Assembly: GCA_963702005.1 (NCBI GenBank)
Contig: OY969696.1
Location: 608,001 to 672,000 of the forward strand
Direction of reading: 5' to 3'
Origin: Candidatus Aminicenantes bacterium
Lineage (GTDB): Bacteria > Acidobacteriota > Aminicenantia > Aminicenantales > JAFGBC01
Length of the DNA stretch: 64,000 nucleotides
This document shows positions 19,453-28,892 of this stretch, piece after piece. Under the pieces are notes generated by a model. The model was not told where the DNA came from, ran no database searches, and saw only the letters and a program-made list of their open reading frames with translations. The position numbers and the translations under genes are program-made. Positions within the stretch are counted from its first letter, which is position 1; each line of letters opens with the position of its first letter.

Positions 19453-19637
19453 AGCTCCTCACCAGCCTGCTCAAAGGCTATCCCAAGAATTCCAAGCTCC
19501 TGGACCTCAGGCTCCAATCGGGTTCGCCCGCGATCGATTCGGGCGTCCCGATACCCGGGATTAACGACTCCTACTCCGGCAAGGCCCCCGACATAGGCGC
19601 TTATGAATGGAGCTCGGCCGGAGCCCGCCGACACTGA
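19453..19637 (+). pseudogene. 3' remnant of a paralogue of the beta-helix gene 13864-15729
   Basis: Aligns by eye to 15509-15666 with mostly synonymous changes ([30 protein letters not shown]...APDIGAYEW). Confidence 0.85.
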
Positions 19638-19715
19638 TCGATCGGGGCGTCGATCCTGGTCAGCAACGCCGCACCCGGCATGATTGAGACCGAGCTCAGG
19701 GTCCGATTTTAACGC

Positions 19716-20846
19716 TTATTCTAGAACGAAGATGTTGTGCTTGGCGGAGATCTCCTTGAGCTCCTTGGGCCAGACAGAAACGGTCACCTCACCCAAATGG
19801 GCTGTGCGCAGCAGGTACATGAAGGTCCGAGACTGCCCTATCCCGCCGCCGATGCTCAGGGGAATCTTGTCGTTCATGATCGCTTGGTGATAGGGAAGCT
19901 TGAGGTTTTCCATCAGATTCGACATCTTCAGCTGCTTCACCAGCGTCTCCTTGGTCACTCGAATTCCCATGGACGTCAGCTCGTGCCGCCGGCGGGTGAC
20001 CGGGTTCCAAACCAGGATGTCACCGTTGAGCCCGTGCGTTGGCTTTCCGCTCATGCTCGACGTATCGGTGATCCAGTCGTCGTAGTCGGCGGCTCTCATC
20101 TCGTGCGGGTAGCCGTCCTCGAGCGGCATGCCGACTCCGATGATGAAGATGGCAGGATATTTCTGGACGACCAGAGTCTCGCGCTGTTTACGCGGCAAAT
20201 CTGGATACATGCTCAGAATATCCTCCGCGTGCAGGAAGGTCAGTTCTTCAGGAAAGTCAGGATATTTCTTCGTTTTGAGCTTCGGGTGGAGTTCCTGAAC
20301 GTACTTCCCGGCGCCCAGGATGACTTTCCAGATCTTATTGACGACGTCCTTGAGGAAATCCAGGTTACGCTCCTCCATGGTCATCACCCGCTCCCAGTCC
20401 CACTGGTCCACATAGGCGCTGTGATCGTGGTCGAGAAAGTAGTCCTTGCGCACTGCCCGCATATCCGTGCAGATGCCCTCGCCCGCCTTGCAGCCAAACT
20501 GGGCCAGGGCTGGCCTTTTCCATTTCGTCGCCGCCTGCACGATCTGGGCGTTAAGCCGTTTTTTAAGCCCGAGCCCGCAGGGAAATTCGATCGGCGTCCG
20601 CGAGCCGTCCCGGTCCAGCATGTCATTGATCCCGCTCTCTCGCTCGACGATCAGAGGGACTTGAACCATTGTCAGGTTCAGCTCCTTGCACAGGCTCTTT
20701 TCGATGTATTCTTTGACCGAAAAAAGGGCTTCCATGCGCTCGAGCGGCGGAAGAACCGCTTGATAGTCGTTGGGCAGGATTTTATCCACTTCCGGGTAGG
20801 TGCTGATCCCCGGGCCTGCCAAGTCTGCTTTCTTGTCTCCGGGCAT
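19716..20846 (-). CDS. asnA: Aspartate-ammonia ligase (asparagine synthetase A)
   Basis: KWKR, GEGICTDMRAVR, HSAYVDQWDWE, RAADYDDW, LNGDIL, SIGGGIGQSR, HLGEV. Confidence 0.93.
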   Translation of the reverse strand: MPGDKKADLAGPGISTYPEVDKILPNDYQAVLPPLERMEALFSVKEYIEKSLCKELNLTMVQVPLIVERESGINDMLDRDGSRTPIEFPCGLGLKKRLNAQIVQAATKWKRPALAQFGCKAGEGICTDMRAVRKDYFLDHDHSAYVDQWDWERVMTMEERNLDFLKDVVNKIWKVILGAGKYVQELHPKLKTKKYPDFPEELTFLHAEDILSMYPDLPRKQRETLVVQKYPAIFIIGVGMPLEDGYPHEMRAADYDDWITDTSSMSGKPTHGLNGDILVWNPVTRRRHELTSMGIRVTKETLVKQLKMSNLMENLKLPYHQAIMNDKIPLSIGGGIGQSRTFMYLLRTAHLGEVTVSVWPKELKEISAKHNIFVLE

Positions 20847-20947
20847 TCTTTTACTCCTTATTCAAAAATTTATAATCCTAAGACTATTTTAAAAACTCGA
20901 AAAATGATCGCTATTATAAAAAACTTAAGCTTGGTCTGTCAACCTGC

Positions 20948-22297
20948 CGCATTGAATCACGTAAAATGTTACCGAAGGAAAGCCCGTTGAATCATATAAA
21001 ATGTTACCCAAATCTCCTAAAGGATAGGGTGACATGGATAGGATGGACATGCGATCACGAGAACAGTATCTGAAAGCTCTCTTGGGACGGTATCTCAGGG
21101 CCCGAAAAAGGGGGAAGAGCGCGCTTTTAGACGAATACTGCCGCAATACGGGCCTGGCGCGCAAGTCTGTTCTGCGGAAGATGGCCAGCCTCCTTAAGGG
21201 GGACTCGCGGCCCCGGAAGGCGAGACGGCGGGTGTACGGAAGGCCTGTGCGGGTGGCCCTAGAGACGCTCTGGGAGATCTTCGATCGGCCTTGCGGCCAG
21301 AGGCTGAAGCCCTTGGTCGAGGAGGAGTTGGGTAGGCTTCGCGCTTTGGGTGAGCTTGAGGTCGATGAGAAGACCGCCCGGCAACTTCGGCGGGTCTCGC
21401 CGGCCACGATCGACCGCCTCCTGAAGTCGAGGAAGACCGAATGGATCGCCCAACGGCGCTACGGGCGGGTCGGGGGGAATCTCATCGCCAAGAAGATCCC
21501 GCTGAAAATGACCGATTGGGACCTCCACCAAGTCGGGTTCCTGGAGATGGACTTGGTTCTCCACTGCGGGGCTTCGACGGCCGGCGAGTATGCCCACAGC
21601 CTCTCCGCCCTGGAGATCGGCTCGACCTGGTGGGAGGGCGAGGCGGTAATGGGCCGCGCCCAGGGCCGGATTTTCGATGCTATCAAGAAGATCCGGGCCA
21701 GGACCCCCTTCACCTGGCGGGGGATCGACTCGGACAACGACAACGCCTTCATCAACGATCAGCTCTACCGGTACACCCAGGAGGAGGGACTGGCCTTCAC
21801 CCGGTCCCGGCCCTATCGCAAGAACGACAACGCCTATATCGAACAGAAGAACTTCACCCATGTCCGCCGGCCGCTGGGCTACCTGCGCTATGACACCCCC
21901 GAAGAGCTGAACCTGATAAACGATCTATACAGAAACGAGCTGCGGCTCTTCAAGAACTTCTTCCAGCCGGTAATGAGACTCGAGCGCAAGGAACGGGTCG
22001 ATGGGAAGACCCGCAGGCGCTATGCGAAGCCCCAGACGCCCTATCGGATCCTCCGGGAGTTGGGGCAACTCCCCCCGGAGGCCCTCAAAACCCTGGACGA
22101 CCTCTATCGCAGTCTCAATCCCGCCGACTTGAAGCGTCGGATCGACCAGAAGCTGAAGAGACTTTTTACCCTGTATGAGAAGAAACGCAAGGGGCTTGTC
22201 CAGGTCGATCCTTACAAAAAACTCGATCCTTCTTCGGTATCATTTTCGGTGATGCAATGACTACCGTTTCGGTAACATGGTTATATGAGTTGACACG
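20948..22297 (+). mobile_element. ISNCY-type insertion sequence with 5-bp target duplication CCTGC
   Basis: CCTGC at 20943-20947 and 22298-22302; CG...CG termini; repeated subterminal ATGTTACCGAA / TTCGGTAACAT inverted motifs. Confidence 0.85.
21034..22260 (+). CDS. DDE (integrase-core) transposase
   Basis: GFLEMDLVLHCG, GIDSDND, RSRPYRKNDNAYIEQKN. Confidence 0.92.
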   Translation: MDRMDMRSREQYLKALLGRYLRARKRGKSALLDEYCRNTGLARKSVLRKMASLLKGDSRPRKARRRVYGRPVRVALETLWEIFDRPCGQRLKPLVEEELGRLRALGELEVDEKTARQLRRVSPATIDRLLKSRKTEWIAQRRYGRVGGNLIAKKIPLKMTDWDLHQVGFLEMDLVLHCGASTAGEYAHSLSALEIGSTWWEGEAVMGRAQGRIFDAIKKIRARTPFTWRGIDSDNDNAFINDQLYRYTQEEGLAFTRSRPYRKNDNAYIEQKNFTHVRRPLGYLRYDTPEELNLINDLYRNELRLFKNFFQPVMRLERKERVDGKTRRRYAKPQTPYRILRELGQLPPEALKTLDDLYRSLNPADLKRRIDQKLKRLFTLYEKKRKGLVQVDPYKKLDPSSVSFSVMQ

Positions 22298-22504
22298 CCT
22301 GCGGGTGGCAACTACAGCTTGGAGCTCCATTTTGACATCTTAATTAATTTATTTATTGTAATTTATCTCGACCGGCGGCGCCAGTGGCGATCGTCTTCAA
22401 GAAATCCCGGCGCGGCATATTCGTTCGGCTCATGGCTTGTTCCTCCCGGAATTAACTCCCTCCGCGGGATTCCACTCCTTCTTCTCCGTTGCTCCCCGGG
22501 GCGG

Positions 22505-22635
22505 AATCTGCTAAAAGGTGCCTAAGACGTCAATGGGCCAGCCGAGATCCGGGCTTTCCCGGAGACTCCTGAACTCCGTCCTCAACATCGGCGCCGACCC
22601 GCAAGACTCCGAATACACCCGCCTCATCAAGCGGA
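22505..22635 (+). pseudogene. 5' remnant (upstream region plus about 34 codons) of a paralogue of the SpoIIE gene at 17189
   Basis: atgggccagccg...gtcctcaacatcggcgccgacccg...cgcctcatcaagcgga matches ~17161-17291, including upstream DNA. Confidence 0.8.
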
Positions 22636-22707
22636 CCGAGGCGGCATCAACTTAGGATGAAACTATCAGCTGCCGGAAGGCGGTAATCTGCTGAGAAGCC
22701 GGATTCT

Positions 22708-24966
22708 TCAGAGCTCAAAATGCTCCCACTCGTACTTCACACGCTCCATGAGCTTCTTGAAGCGCGCCTCGCCGCGGATGTTGGCCAGGAAGGGGTCCTT
22801 TTCGGCGAGCAGGGGGTAATTGGACATACCGAGGTTCACATCCTGCTCCAGCCAGTCGATCGCCCGCTCCTTTTCGTCGATCAGGGCAAGACACTCGGTC
22901 TTCCAATAGGCGCTCTGAAAATCCCACGGTTTCCGGAGGCTGGGATTCGAGTCCAGCATGGCCAACGTCTCGGACCTTTTTCCTTCTAAGGCAAATTTAA
23001 AAGCCATGCCCAGGCTTGCGAAGAGGGTCCCCGGCTGTTCTCGAGCGACTTGTTCGAAGATCAAGCCGGCTTCCTCCTTCTTGTCCAGATAAGCAAGGCT
23101 CAGGCCATAGCTCCATTTCGTCAGCACATCTTCGGGGAACGAACGATGGAGCCGGCCCAGGACCTCAAGGGCCAAGGCGTACTCTCCTTCCCAGAGCCTG
23201 TTGAATCCGGAGTGAAAATGGGCCGCGGCATTGAGAGGATCGATCTTGATGGTCCTTTCCTCGAGCGGCATGACGTCGCGCTTTCGGCCCAGCGTTCCGA
23301 GGAGACAGCTGAAAAAGAACAGAGCATCGAAATCGTTGGGGGCCTTATCCAGGACGCGCTTGAAGCATCGGATCCCCTCTTTCGGCTGATGCCAGGCGAT
23401 GAGCACGGCCCGGACAAAGCTGGCATTTGGGCAGTCCGGATCCAGGGCAAAGGCCTTTTGGACATACTCCTCGGCCTGCTTCCGGCAGGATTCCTCCTCC
23501 CTGATGCCGAGGTTGAAATATTGGAAATGGACATAGGCCATGCCCGCATAGAGAAGCGCGTTCTCCCCGACGATTTCGAGGCCGTTCCGGAGGTATCTCA
23601 GCGCGTTTTCCAGCCCCGCCTCCGTCCACTTGAGTATTTCCTGCCTGGCTTTGAGATAGAATTCGTAGGCCAGGGGGCTCGGGATCGGCCGCTCGATGAG
23701 GCGCTCGGCTTCTTCCGGCGTCAGCTTGAGTTTCAGGGCATCGACGATGGAGCGCGACACCTTCTCCTGGATATCGAACACGTCGTCCAGTGTGCCAGTG
23801 TATTTGTCTGCCCAAAGATGGGCGTCGTTGGCGGCATCGATGAGCTGGGCGGTGATGCGCAGGCTGTTGCCGGCTTTTCGGACGCTTCCCTCCAGAACGT
23901 ATCGGACATGAACCTCCCGGGCTATGGCCGGGATATCCTTTTTCGTTCCCTTGAACATCATGGACGAGGTCCGGGAGATCACTCGAAGGGAATGGATCTT
24001 GGACAGGTCCGAGATGAGCTCCTCGGTCATGCCGTCGCAGAAGTAATCCTGCTCCGGGTCCGGGCTGATATTCCCGAACGGCAGGACGATGATCGATATC
24101 TCCGGCTGGGGAACGCTCCTGCCCGAAGTCCGGGCGGCCTTGAGGTCGGCGAGGATCTTGGCCATGTTCTGGTAGCGGAGGGATTTGTCCTTCTCGAGAG
24201 CCTTTTGCACGATCCGCTCGAGCAGAACGGGGATGTCCGGGCGGAGACGGGTCAAAGGCTCGGGCGCCTCGTGCAATATGGAATAAATCAGAGCCTGGTC
24301 GCTTCTCCTGCCGAACGGCATCCGGCCGGACAGCATCTCGTAGAGCGTCGCCCCGAACGACCAGATGTCCGTGCGCTGGTCTACCGCCTCGGCTCTGGCC
24401 TGCTCCGGAGACATGTAGGCGACCGTTCCCATGACCGCCATGCTTCTGGTGATGTCGGCGGCGCCCGTGAGCTTGGCCAGTCCGAAGTCCATGATCTTCG
24501 CCTGGCCCTTGTCCGTCAGCATGATGTTCGCCGGCTTGATGTCCCGGTGAATGATGCCTCGCTCGTGAGCTTCCTTGAGCCCCTCGGCAACCTGGCCTGC
24601 GATCTCCAGAGCTTCCTCTATGGCCAAAGGCTCGGCCGCGATCCTGTCCTTGAGGCTGCGGCCCCTGATGTAAGGCATGGCGATATACGTCTTGCCTTCG
24701 GCCTCGCCGATTTCGAAGACGGGACAGATATTCGGGTGATCCAGGGCCGCGGCAGCCTGGGCTTCCTGGATAAAACGAGTCTTGGCTTGGACGTCTTTGG
24801 TCAGTTCGGGCGGCAGGAACTTGAGGGCGACGGTCCGCTTGAGCTTGGTATCCTCGGCCTCGTAGACGACGCCCATGCCGCCCTCCCCGAGTTTGCCGAG
24901 AATCCGGTAATGAGAAATCGTGGCAATCATAGCCTTGGGAGCTTTCCTCCCGTCGGCGGCATTCAT
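22708..24966 (-). CDS. Ser/Thr protein kinase with TolB-like and TPR domains
   Basis: LGEGGMGVVY, VALK, HRDIKPAN, DFG, YMSPEQ; VLPF..SPDPEQDYFCDGMTEELI; TPR-like C-terminus. Confidence 0.93.
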   Translation of the reverse strand: MNAADGRKAPKAMIATISHYRILGKLGEGGMGVVYEAEDTKLKRTVALKFLPPELTKDVQAKTRFIQEAQAAAALDHPNICPVFEIGEAEGKTYIAMPYIRGRSLKDRIAAEPLAIEEALEIAGQVAEGLKEAHERGIIHRDIKPANIMLTDKGQAKIMDFGLAKLTGAADITRSMAVMGTVAYMSPEQARAEAVDQRTDIWSFGATLYEMLSGRMPFGRRSDQALIYSILHEAPEPLTRLRPDIPVLLERIVQKALEKDKSLRYQNMAKILADLKAARTSGRSVPQPEISIIVLPFGNISPDPEQDYFCDGMTEELISDLSKIHSLRVISRTSSMMFKGTKKDIPAIAREVHVRYVLEGSVRKAGNSLRITAQLIDAANDAHLWADKYTGTLDDVFDIQEKVSRSIVDALKLKLTPEEAERLIERPIPSPLAYEFYLKARQEILKWTEAGLENALRYLRNGLEIVGENALLYAGMAYVHFQYFNLGIREEESCRKQAEEYVQKAFALDPDCPNASFVRAVLIAWHQPKEGIRCFKRVLDKAPNDFDALFFFSCLLGTLGRKRDVMPLEERTIKIDPLNAAAHFHSGFNRLWEGEYALALEVLGRLHRSFPEDVLTKWSYGLSLAYLDKKEEAGLIFEQVAREQPGTLFASLGMAFKFALEGKRSETLAMLDSNPSLRKPWDFQSAYWKTECLALIDEKERAIDWLEQDVNLGMSNYPLLAEKDPFLANIRGEARFKKLMERVKYEWEHFEL

Positions 24967-25087
24967 GGTTTCCCCTGCTTGGAAATTTGGCTTACTCGGG
25001 CCTAGGGTAACAACATTAGGGCGTCTCCGTCAATGGGGCGTTAGGAAGAAACCTCCCAATCTCCCTCGCCTCCCGGCAGCCCGGTCT

Positions 25088-25115
25088 TTGACATTTCGCG
25101 GCGCTTATTTATAAT
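25088..25115 (+). promoter_or_regulatory. Putative sigma70 promoter of the acpS operon
   Basis: TTGACA-N16-TATAAT. Confidence 0.65.
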
Positions 25116-25119
25116 AAAG

Positions 25120-25169
25120 GTCCTAAGTCGGACCCTAATTTAATTTTTATTAAGCGTCCGACTTAGGAC
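25120..25169. repeat. Inverted repeat (14-bp perfect arms) in the acpS leader
   Basis: gtcctaagtcggac ... gtccgacttaggac with an AT-rich loop. Confidence 0.75.
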
Positions 25170-25186
25170 GAAAGGCATGTAAGTCG

Positions 25187-25594
25187 TTGATCTTCGGGAT
25201 GGGTACGGACATCATCGAGGTCCAGCGGGTGGAGGAGAAGCTGGCCCGCACCCGGGGCCTCCGCGAGAAGGTTTTCAGCCCGCGCGAGATCGAATACTGC
25301 GAGTCCAAGCACCGGCCCGGCCTCCACTTCGCGGCCCGCTTCGCGGCCAAGGAGGCGTTCCTGAAGGCCATGGGCACGGGATGGAGCGGAGGGCACGCCT
25401 TCACCGAGATCGAGATCGTCGACAACGCCCTGGGCAAGCCGGAGCTGTTCGTCTACGGCAAGGTCAAGGACTTCTGCGAGGCTAACGGGATCGCCGGGAT
25501 GGAGGTCTCGCTGTCCCATATCAAGGACCTGGCCCAGGCCGTCGTCGTCCTGGAACGGGGCCCGGCTCCTGAGCCGGACTCTTTTCAAAGGTAG
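25187..25594 (+). CDS. acpS: Holo-ACP synthase (phosphopantetheinyl transferase)
   Basis: G.GTDIIEV, ARFAAKEAFLKAMGTG, GKP, SLSH. Confidence 0.93.
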   Translation: MIFGMGTDIIEVQRVEEKLARTRGLREKVFSPREIEYCESKHRPGLHFAARFAAKEAFLKAMGTGWSGGHAFTEIEIVDNALGKPELFVYGKVKDFCEANGIAGMEVSLSHIKDLAQAVVVLERGPAPEPDSFQR

Positions 25595-25617
25595 AAATTC
25601 CGTCGAAAGAGGCTTTC

Positions 25618-27321
25618 ATGTCGCACATCGGCTCCTATGACGATCGCCTGAAGAACTTCTCCTGGGACATCTCCGAGAAGGAGCTCGGCTACAAGCCGGG
25701 CGACGTCATCAACATCGCCTGGTACTGCACCGACCGCATCTGCCGGATGGGGAAAGGCAACAAGCTGGCCCTGATCTGGGAGGGGAGCACCGGGACGGAA
25801 AAGCGCTACACCTACAACGACATCCGCCTGGCCTCGAACACGATCGGGACGTACCTCCGCGGGCTCGGCCTCAAGCCGGGCGATCGGGTCTGCTTATTCA
25901 TGGACAAGATCCCCGAGCTCTACCTGGGCTTCCTGGGCATCCTCAAGATGGGCGCGATCGCCCAGCCCCTCTTCTCGGCCTTCGGCGACGAGTCCCTGTT
26001 CGTCCGCCTCTCGAACGCCGAGACCTCGGCCGTCATCACCCAGAAGAAACACGCCCCCAAGGTCCGCAAGATCCTGGACAAGCTTCCCTACCTCAAGCAC
26101 ATCATCATCGTCGATCACGACGGCGCCGCCCCCCTTAAAGAACGCGAGGCCGTTTTTAGCCTCGAGAAGGCTAAGCCGGTCGACGTCTTCGAGATCCATC
26201 CGACCAAGGCCGAGTCGCCCTCCGTCCTCCACTACACGTCGGGCACGACCGGAATGCCCAAGGGCGTCCAGCATGTCCACTACTCGCTCATCGCCCAGTA
26301 CCTGACCGGGAAGTGGGCCCTTGACCTCCGGGACGACGACATCTACTGGTGCACGGCCGACCCGGGCTGGGTGACCGGAACCTCCTACGGGATCATCGCG
26401 CCCTTCAGCCTGGGCGTCACCCAGTGCGTCCTCGACGCCGGGTTCCAAGCCGAGAGCTGGTACAAGTTCATCGAGAAGCGGCGGGTGTCGATGTGGTACT
26501 CGGCCCCGACCGCCATCCGCTCGCTCATGAAAGCGGGCGACGAAATCGTCAAGAAGCACGACCTGTCCTCCCTCCGCCACCTGGCCAGTGTCGGCGAGCC
26601 CCTCAACTCCGAGGCCGTCGTCTGGTCCCAGAAGGTCTTCGGCAAGCCCTTCTACGACACCTACTGGCAGACTGAAACGGGCTGCATCGTCATCAGCAAT
26701 TACCCGGGCATGGAGGTCCGGCCCGGCTCGATGGGCAAGCCCTTCCCGGGGATCACAGGCGTCGTCCTCGACCCGGTCAAGAACGAGCCCTACCCGGCGC
26801 CGGGCAAGATCGGGCTGGTCGCCCTCAAGTTCGACTGGCCCTCCCGGATGCGGACCTACTGGAATAACGAGGAAGCCTTCCGCAAGAAATTCAGGGGCGG
26901 CTGGTACATCACCGGCGACCGGTCGCGCCTCGACAACGACGGCTACTTCTGGTTCGCGGGCCGGGACGACGACATCATCAACACGGCCGGACACCTGGTC
27001 AGCCCATTCGAGGTTGAGTCGGCCCTGCTCGAGCATCCGGCCGTGGCCGAGTCGGCCGTCGTCAGCAAGCCCGACCCGATCAACCTCGAGGTCGTCAAGG
27101 CCTTCGTCACCCTCAAGCCCGGCTTCGCGGCCAGCAAGGACCTCGACCTCGAGATCATGAACTTCATCCGCAAGAAGCTCTCGCCGCTGGCCATGCCCCA
27201 GGAGATCGAGTTCGTGGAGGGCCTGCCCAAGACGCGGAGCGGTAAAATCATGCGCCGGATCCTCCACGCCAAGGAGTGGGGCGAGGAAATCGGCGACACC
27301 TCGACCCTCGAGAACGACTGA
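25618..27321 (+). CDS. Acetate/short-chain acyl-CoA (or acyl-ACP) ligase, AcsA-like
   Basis: YTSGTTGMPKG, WCTADPGWVTG, VGEPLN, DTYWQTETG, PKTRSGKIMRR. Confidence 0.9.
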   Translation: MSHIGSYDDRLKNFSWDISEKELGYKPGDVINIAWYCTDRICRMGKGNKLALIWEGSTGTEKRYTYNDIRLASNTIGTYLRGLGLKPGDRVCLFMDKIPELYLGFLGILKMGAIAQPLFSAFGDESLFVRLSNAETSAVITQKKHAPKVRKILDKLPYLKHIIIVDHDGAAPLKEREAVFSLEKAKPVDVFEIHPTKAESPSVLHYTSGTTGMPKGVQHVHYSLIAQYLTGKWALDLRDDDIYWCTADPGWVTGTSYGIIAPFSLGVTQCVLDAGFQAESWYKFIEKRRVSMWYSAPTAIRSLMKAGDEIVKKHDLSSLRHLASVGEPLNSEAVVWSQKVFGKPFYDTYWQTETGCIVISNYPGMEVRPGSMGKPFPGITGVVLDPVKNEPYPAPGKIGLVALKFDWPSRMRTYWNNEEAFRKKFRGGWYITGDRSRLDNDGYFWFAGRDDDIINTAGHLVSPFEVESALLEHPAVAESAVVSKPDPINLEVVKAFVTLKPGFAASKDLDLEIMNFIRKKLSPLAMPQEIEFVEGLPKTRSGKIMRRILHAKEWGEEIGDTSTLEND

Positions 27322-27351
27322 AATATTAATTCGCCGATAAGGAGCTTTGCC

Positions 27352-27606
27352 ATGGCCGATGCACTCAAGGACATCATTCTCGCCTACGTGACCAAGGAAT
27401 ACCTCGAGGACGACAGCGAGCCCCTCAACTACGAGACGCCCCTCATCTCGGGCGGGATCGTGGACTCGTTCTCGATGGTCTCCCTGAAGCGGTTCCTGGA
27501 GAACAAGTACAACATTTCGATCCCCGACGACAAGGCGACCCCGGAGGCCTTCGACTCGGTCGACAAGATCGCCGTCCTCGTCCGGGAATTCGTCAAGGAG
27601 TCTTAA
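27352..27606 (+). CDS. Acyl carrier protein
   Basis: 84 aa, acidic, GIVDSFSMV phosphopantetheine site. Confidence 0.88.
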   Translation: MADALKDIILAYVTKEYLEDDSEPLNYETPLISGGIVDSFSMVSLKRFLENKYNISIPDDKATPEAFDSVDKIAVLVREFVKES

Positions 27607-27608
27607 GG

Positions 27609-28856
27609 ATGGCATTCAGCGCTAAAATTCGCGAGAACTACCAGGCCCAGATCAAGGGCATCCGGGACGCCGGGATCTTCAAGCAGGAGCGGTTCATCCA
27701 TTCCCCCCAGGCGGCCGACATCGAGGTCGAGTTTCCGGCCGGCGCGCCCCTCAAGAAGGTCATCAACATGTGCGCCAACAACTACCTCGGGCTGTCCAGC
27801 CACCCCGAGGTCCTCAAGGCCGCCCATGAGGGGCTGGACACGCGCGGCTACGGCATGTCCTCGGTCCGCTTTATCTGCGGGACCCAGGACATCCACCGCG
27901 AGCTCGAGAAGCGCCTGACCGAGTTCCTGGGGACCGAGGACACCCTCCTCTTCCCCTCCTGCATGGACGCCAACGCCGGCGTCTTCGAGGCGATCCTGAC
28001 CAAGGACGACGTCATCATCTCGGACCGGCTCGTCCACGCCTCGCTCATCGACGGCATCCGGCTGTGCAGCGCGATGCAGGACTCGATCAAGCACTCCGAC
28101 ATGGCCCACCTCGAGGAGAAGCTCCAGCTCCACAAGGACAAGCGCTTCAAGCTCGTCGTCAGCGACGGCGTCTTCTCGATGGACGGCGACACGGCCAAGC
28201 TCGACGAGATGGTCGCCCTCTGCGAAAAATACGACGCCATGCTCCTCGTCGACGACTCGCACTCCTCGGGCTTCATCGGAAAAACGGGCCGCGGGACGCA
28301 CGAGAAATGCGGCGTCGTGGGCAAGATCGACGTCATCACCACGACCTTCGGCAAGGCGCTCGGGGGCGCTTCGGGCGGCTGCGTCAGCGGGCGCCGCGAG
28401 CTCGTCGAGATGTGCCGTCAGCGGGCTCGGCCGTACCTCTTCTCGAACACGATCGCCCCGGTCGTCGTCGCCGGCGTCCTCAAGGTCATGGACATCATCT
28501 CCCGGTCGACCGAGCGGCGCGACAAGCTCGAGCGGAACGCGGCCTACTGGCGCAAGGGCCTGACCGAGGCCGGCTTCGTCCTCAAAGAAGGCGACACGCC
28601 GATCGTCCCGGTCATGCTCTTCAACGCCAAGCTGGCCCAGGACGTCTCGCGGGCGCTCTACGAGGAAGGGATCTACGCCATCGGGTTCTTCTTCCCGGTC
28701 GTGCCCCAGAGCCAGGCCCGGATCCGGACCCAGATCTCGGCCGGCCACGAAATCCACCATCTCGACAAGGCCCTGGACGCTTTCCGCAAGGTCGGAAAAA
28801 ACTTCGACATCCTGGGCAAGACCAAGCAAGAGATCATCGCCAAGTACGGTATGTAA
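27609..28856 (+). CDS. kbl: Glycine C-acetyltransferase (2-amino-3-ketobutyrate CoA ligase), alpha-oxoamine synthase family
   Basis: CANNYLGL, SVRFICGT, DGVFSMDG, DDSH, FGKALGGASGG, RPYLFSN, ARIRTQISA. Confidence 0.88.
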   Translation: MAFSAKIRENYQAQIKGIRDAGIFKQERFIHSPQAADIEVEFPAGAPLKKVINMCANNYLGLSSHPEVLKAAHEGLDTRGYGMSSVRFICGTQDIHRELEKRLTEFLGTEDTLLFPSCMDANAGVFEAILTKDDVIISDRLVHASLIDGIRLCSAMQDSIKHSDMAHLEEKLQLHKDKRFKLVVSDGVFSMDGDTAKLDEMVALCEKYDAMLLVDDSHSSGFIGKTGRGTHEKCGVVGKIDVITTTFGKALGGASGGCVSGRRELVEMCRQRARPYLFSNTIAPVVVAGVLKVMDIISRSTERRDKLERNAAYWRKGLTEAGFVLKEGDTPIVPVMLFNAKLAQDVSRALYEEGIYAIGFFFPVVPQSQARIRTQISAGHEIHHLDKALDAFRKVGKNFDILGKTKQEIIAKYGM

Positions 28857-28892
28857 GGAATAAGGCTAAGGTCTTTCGAGGATAGATCCAAG

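Noticed and set aside
19453-19637. DGR template repeat for the beta-helix gene C-terminus
   Set aside because: Mismatches are mostly synonymous third-position changes and not adenine-specific; the RT in the window is not DGR-like and is ~38 kb away
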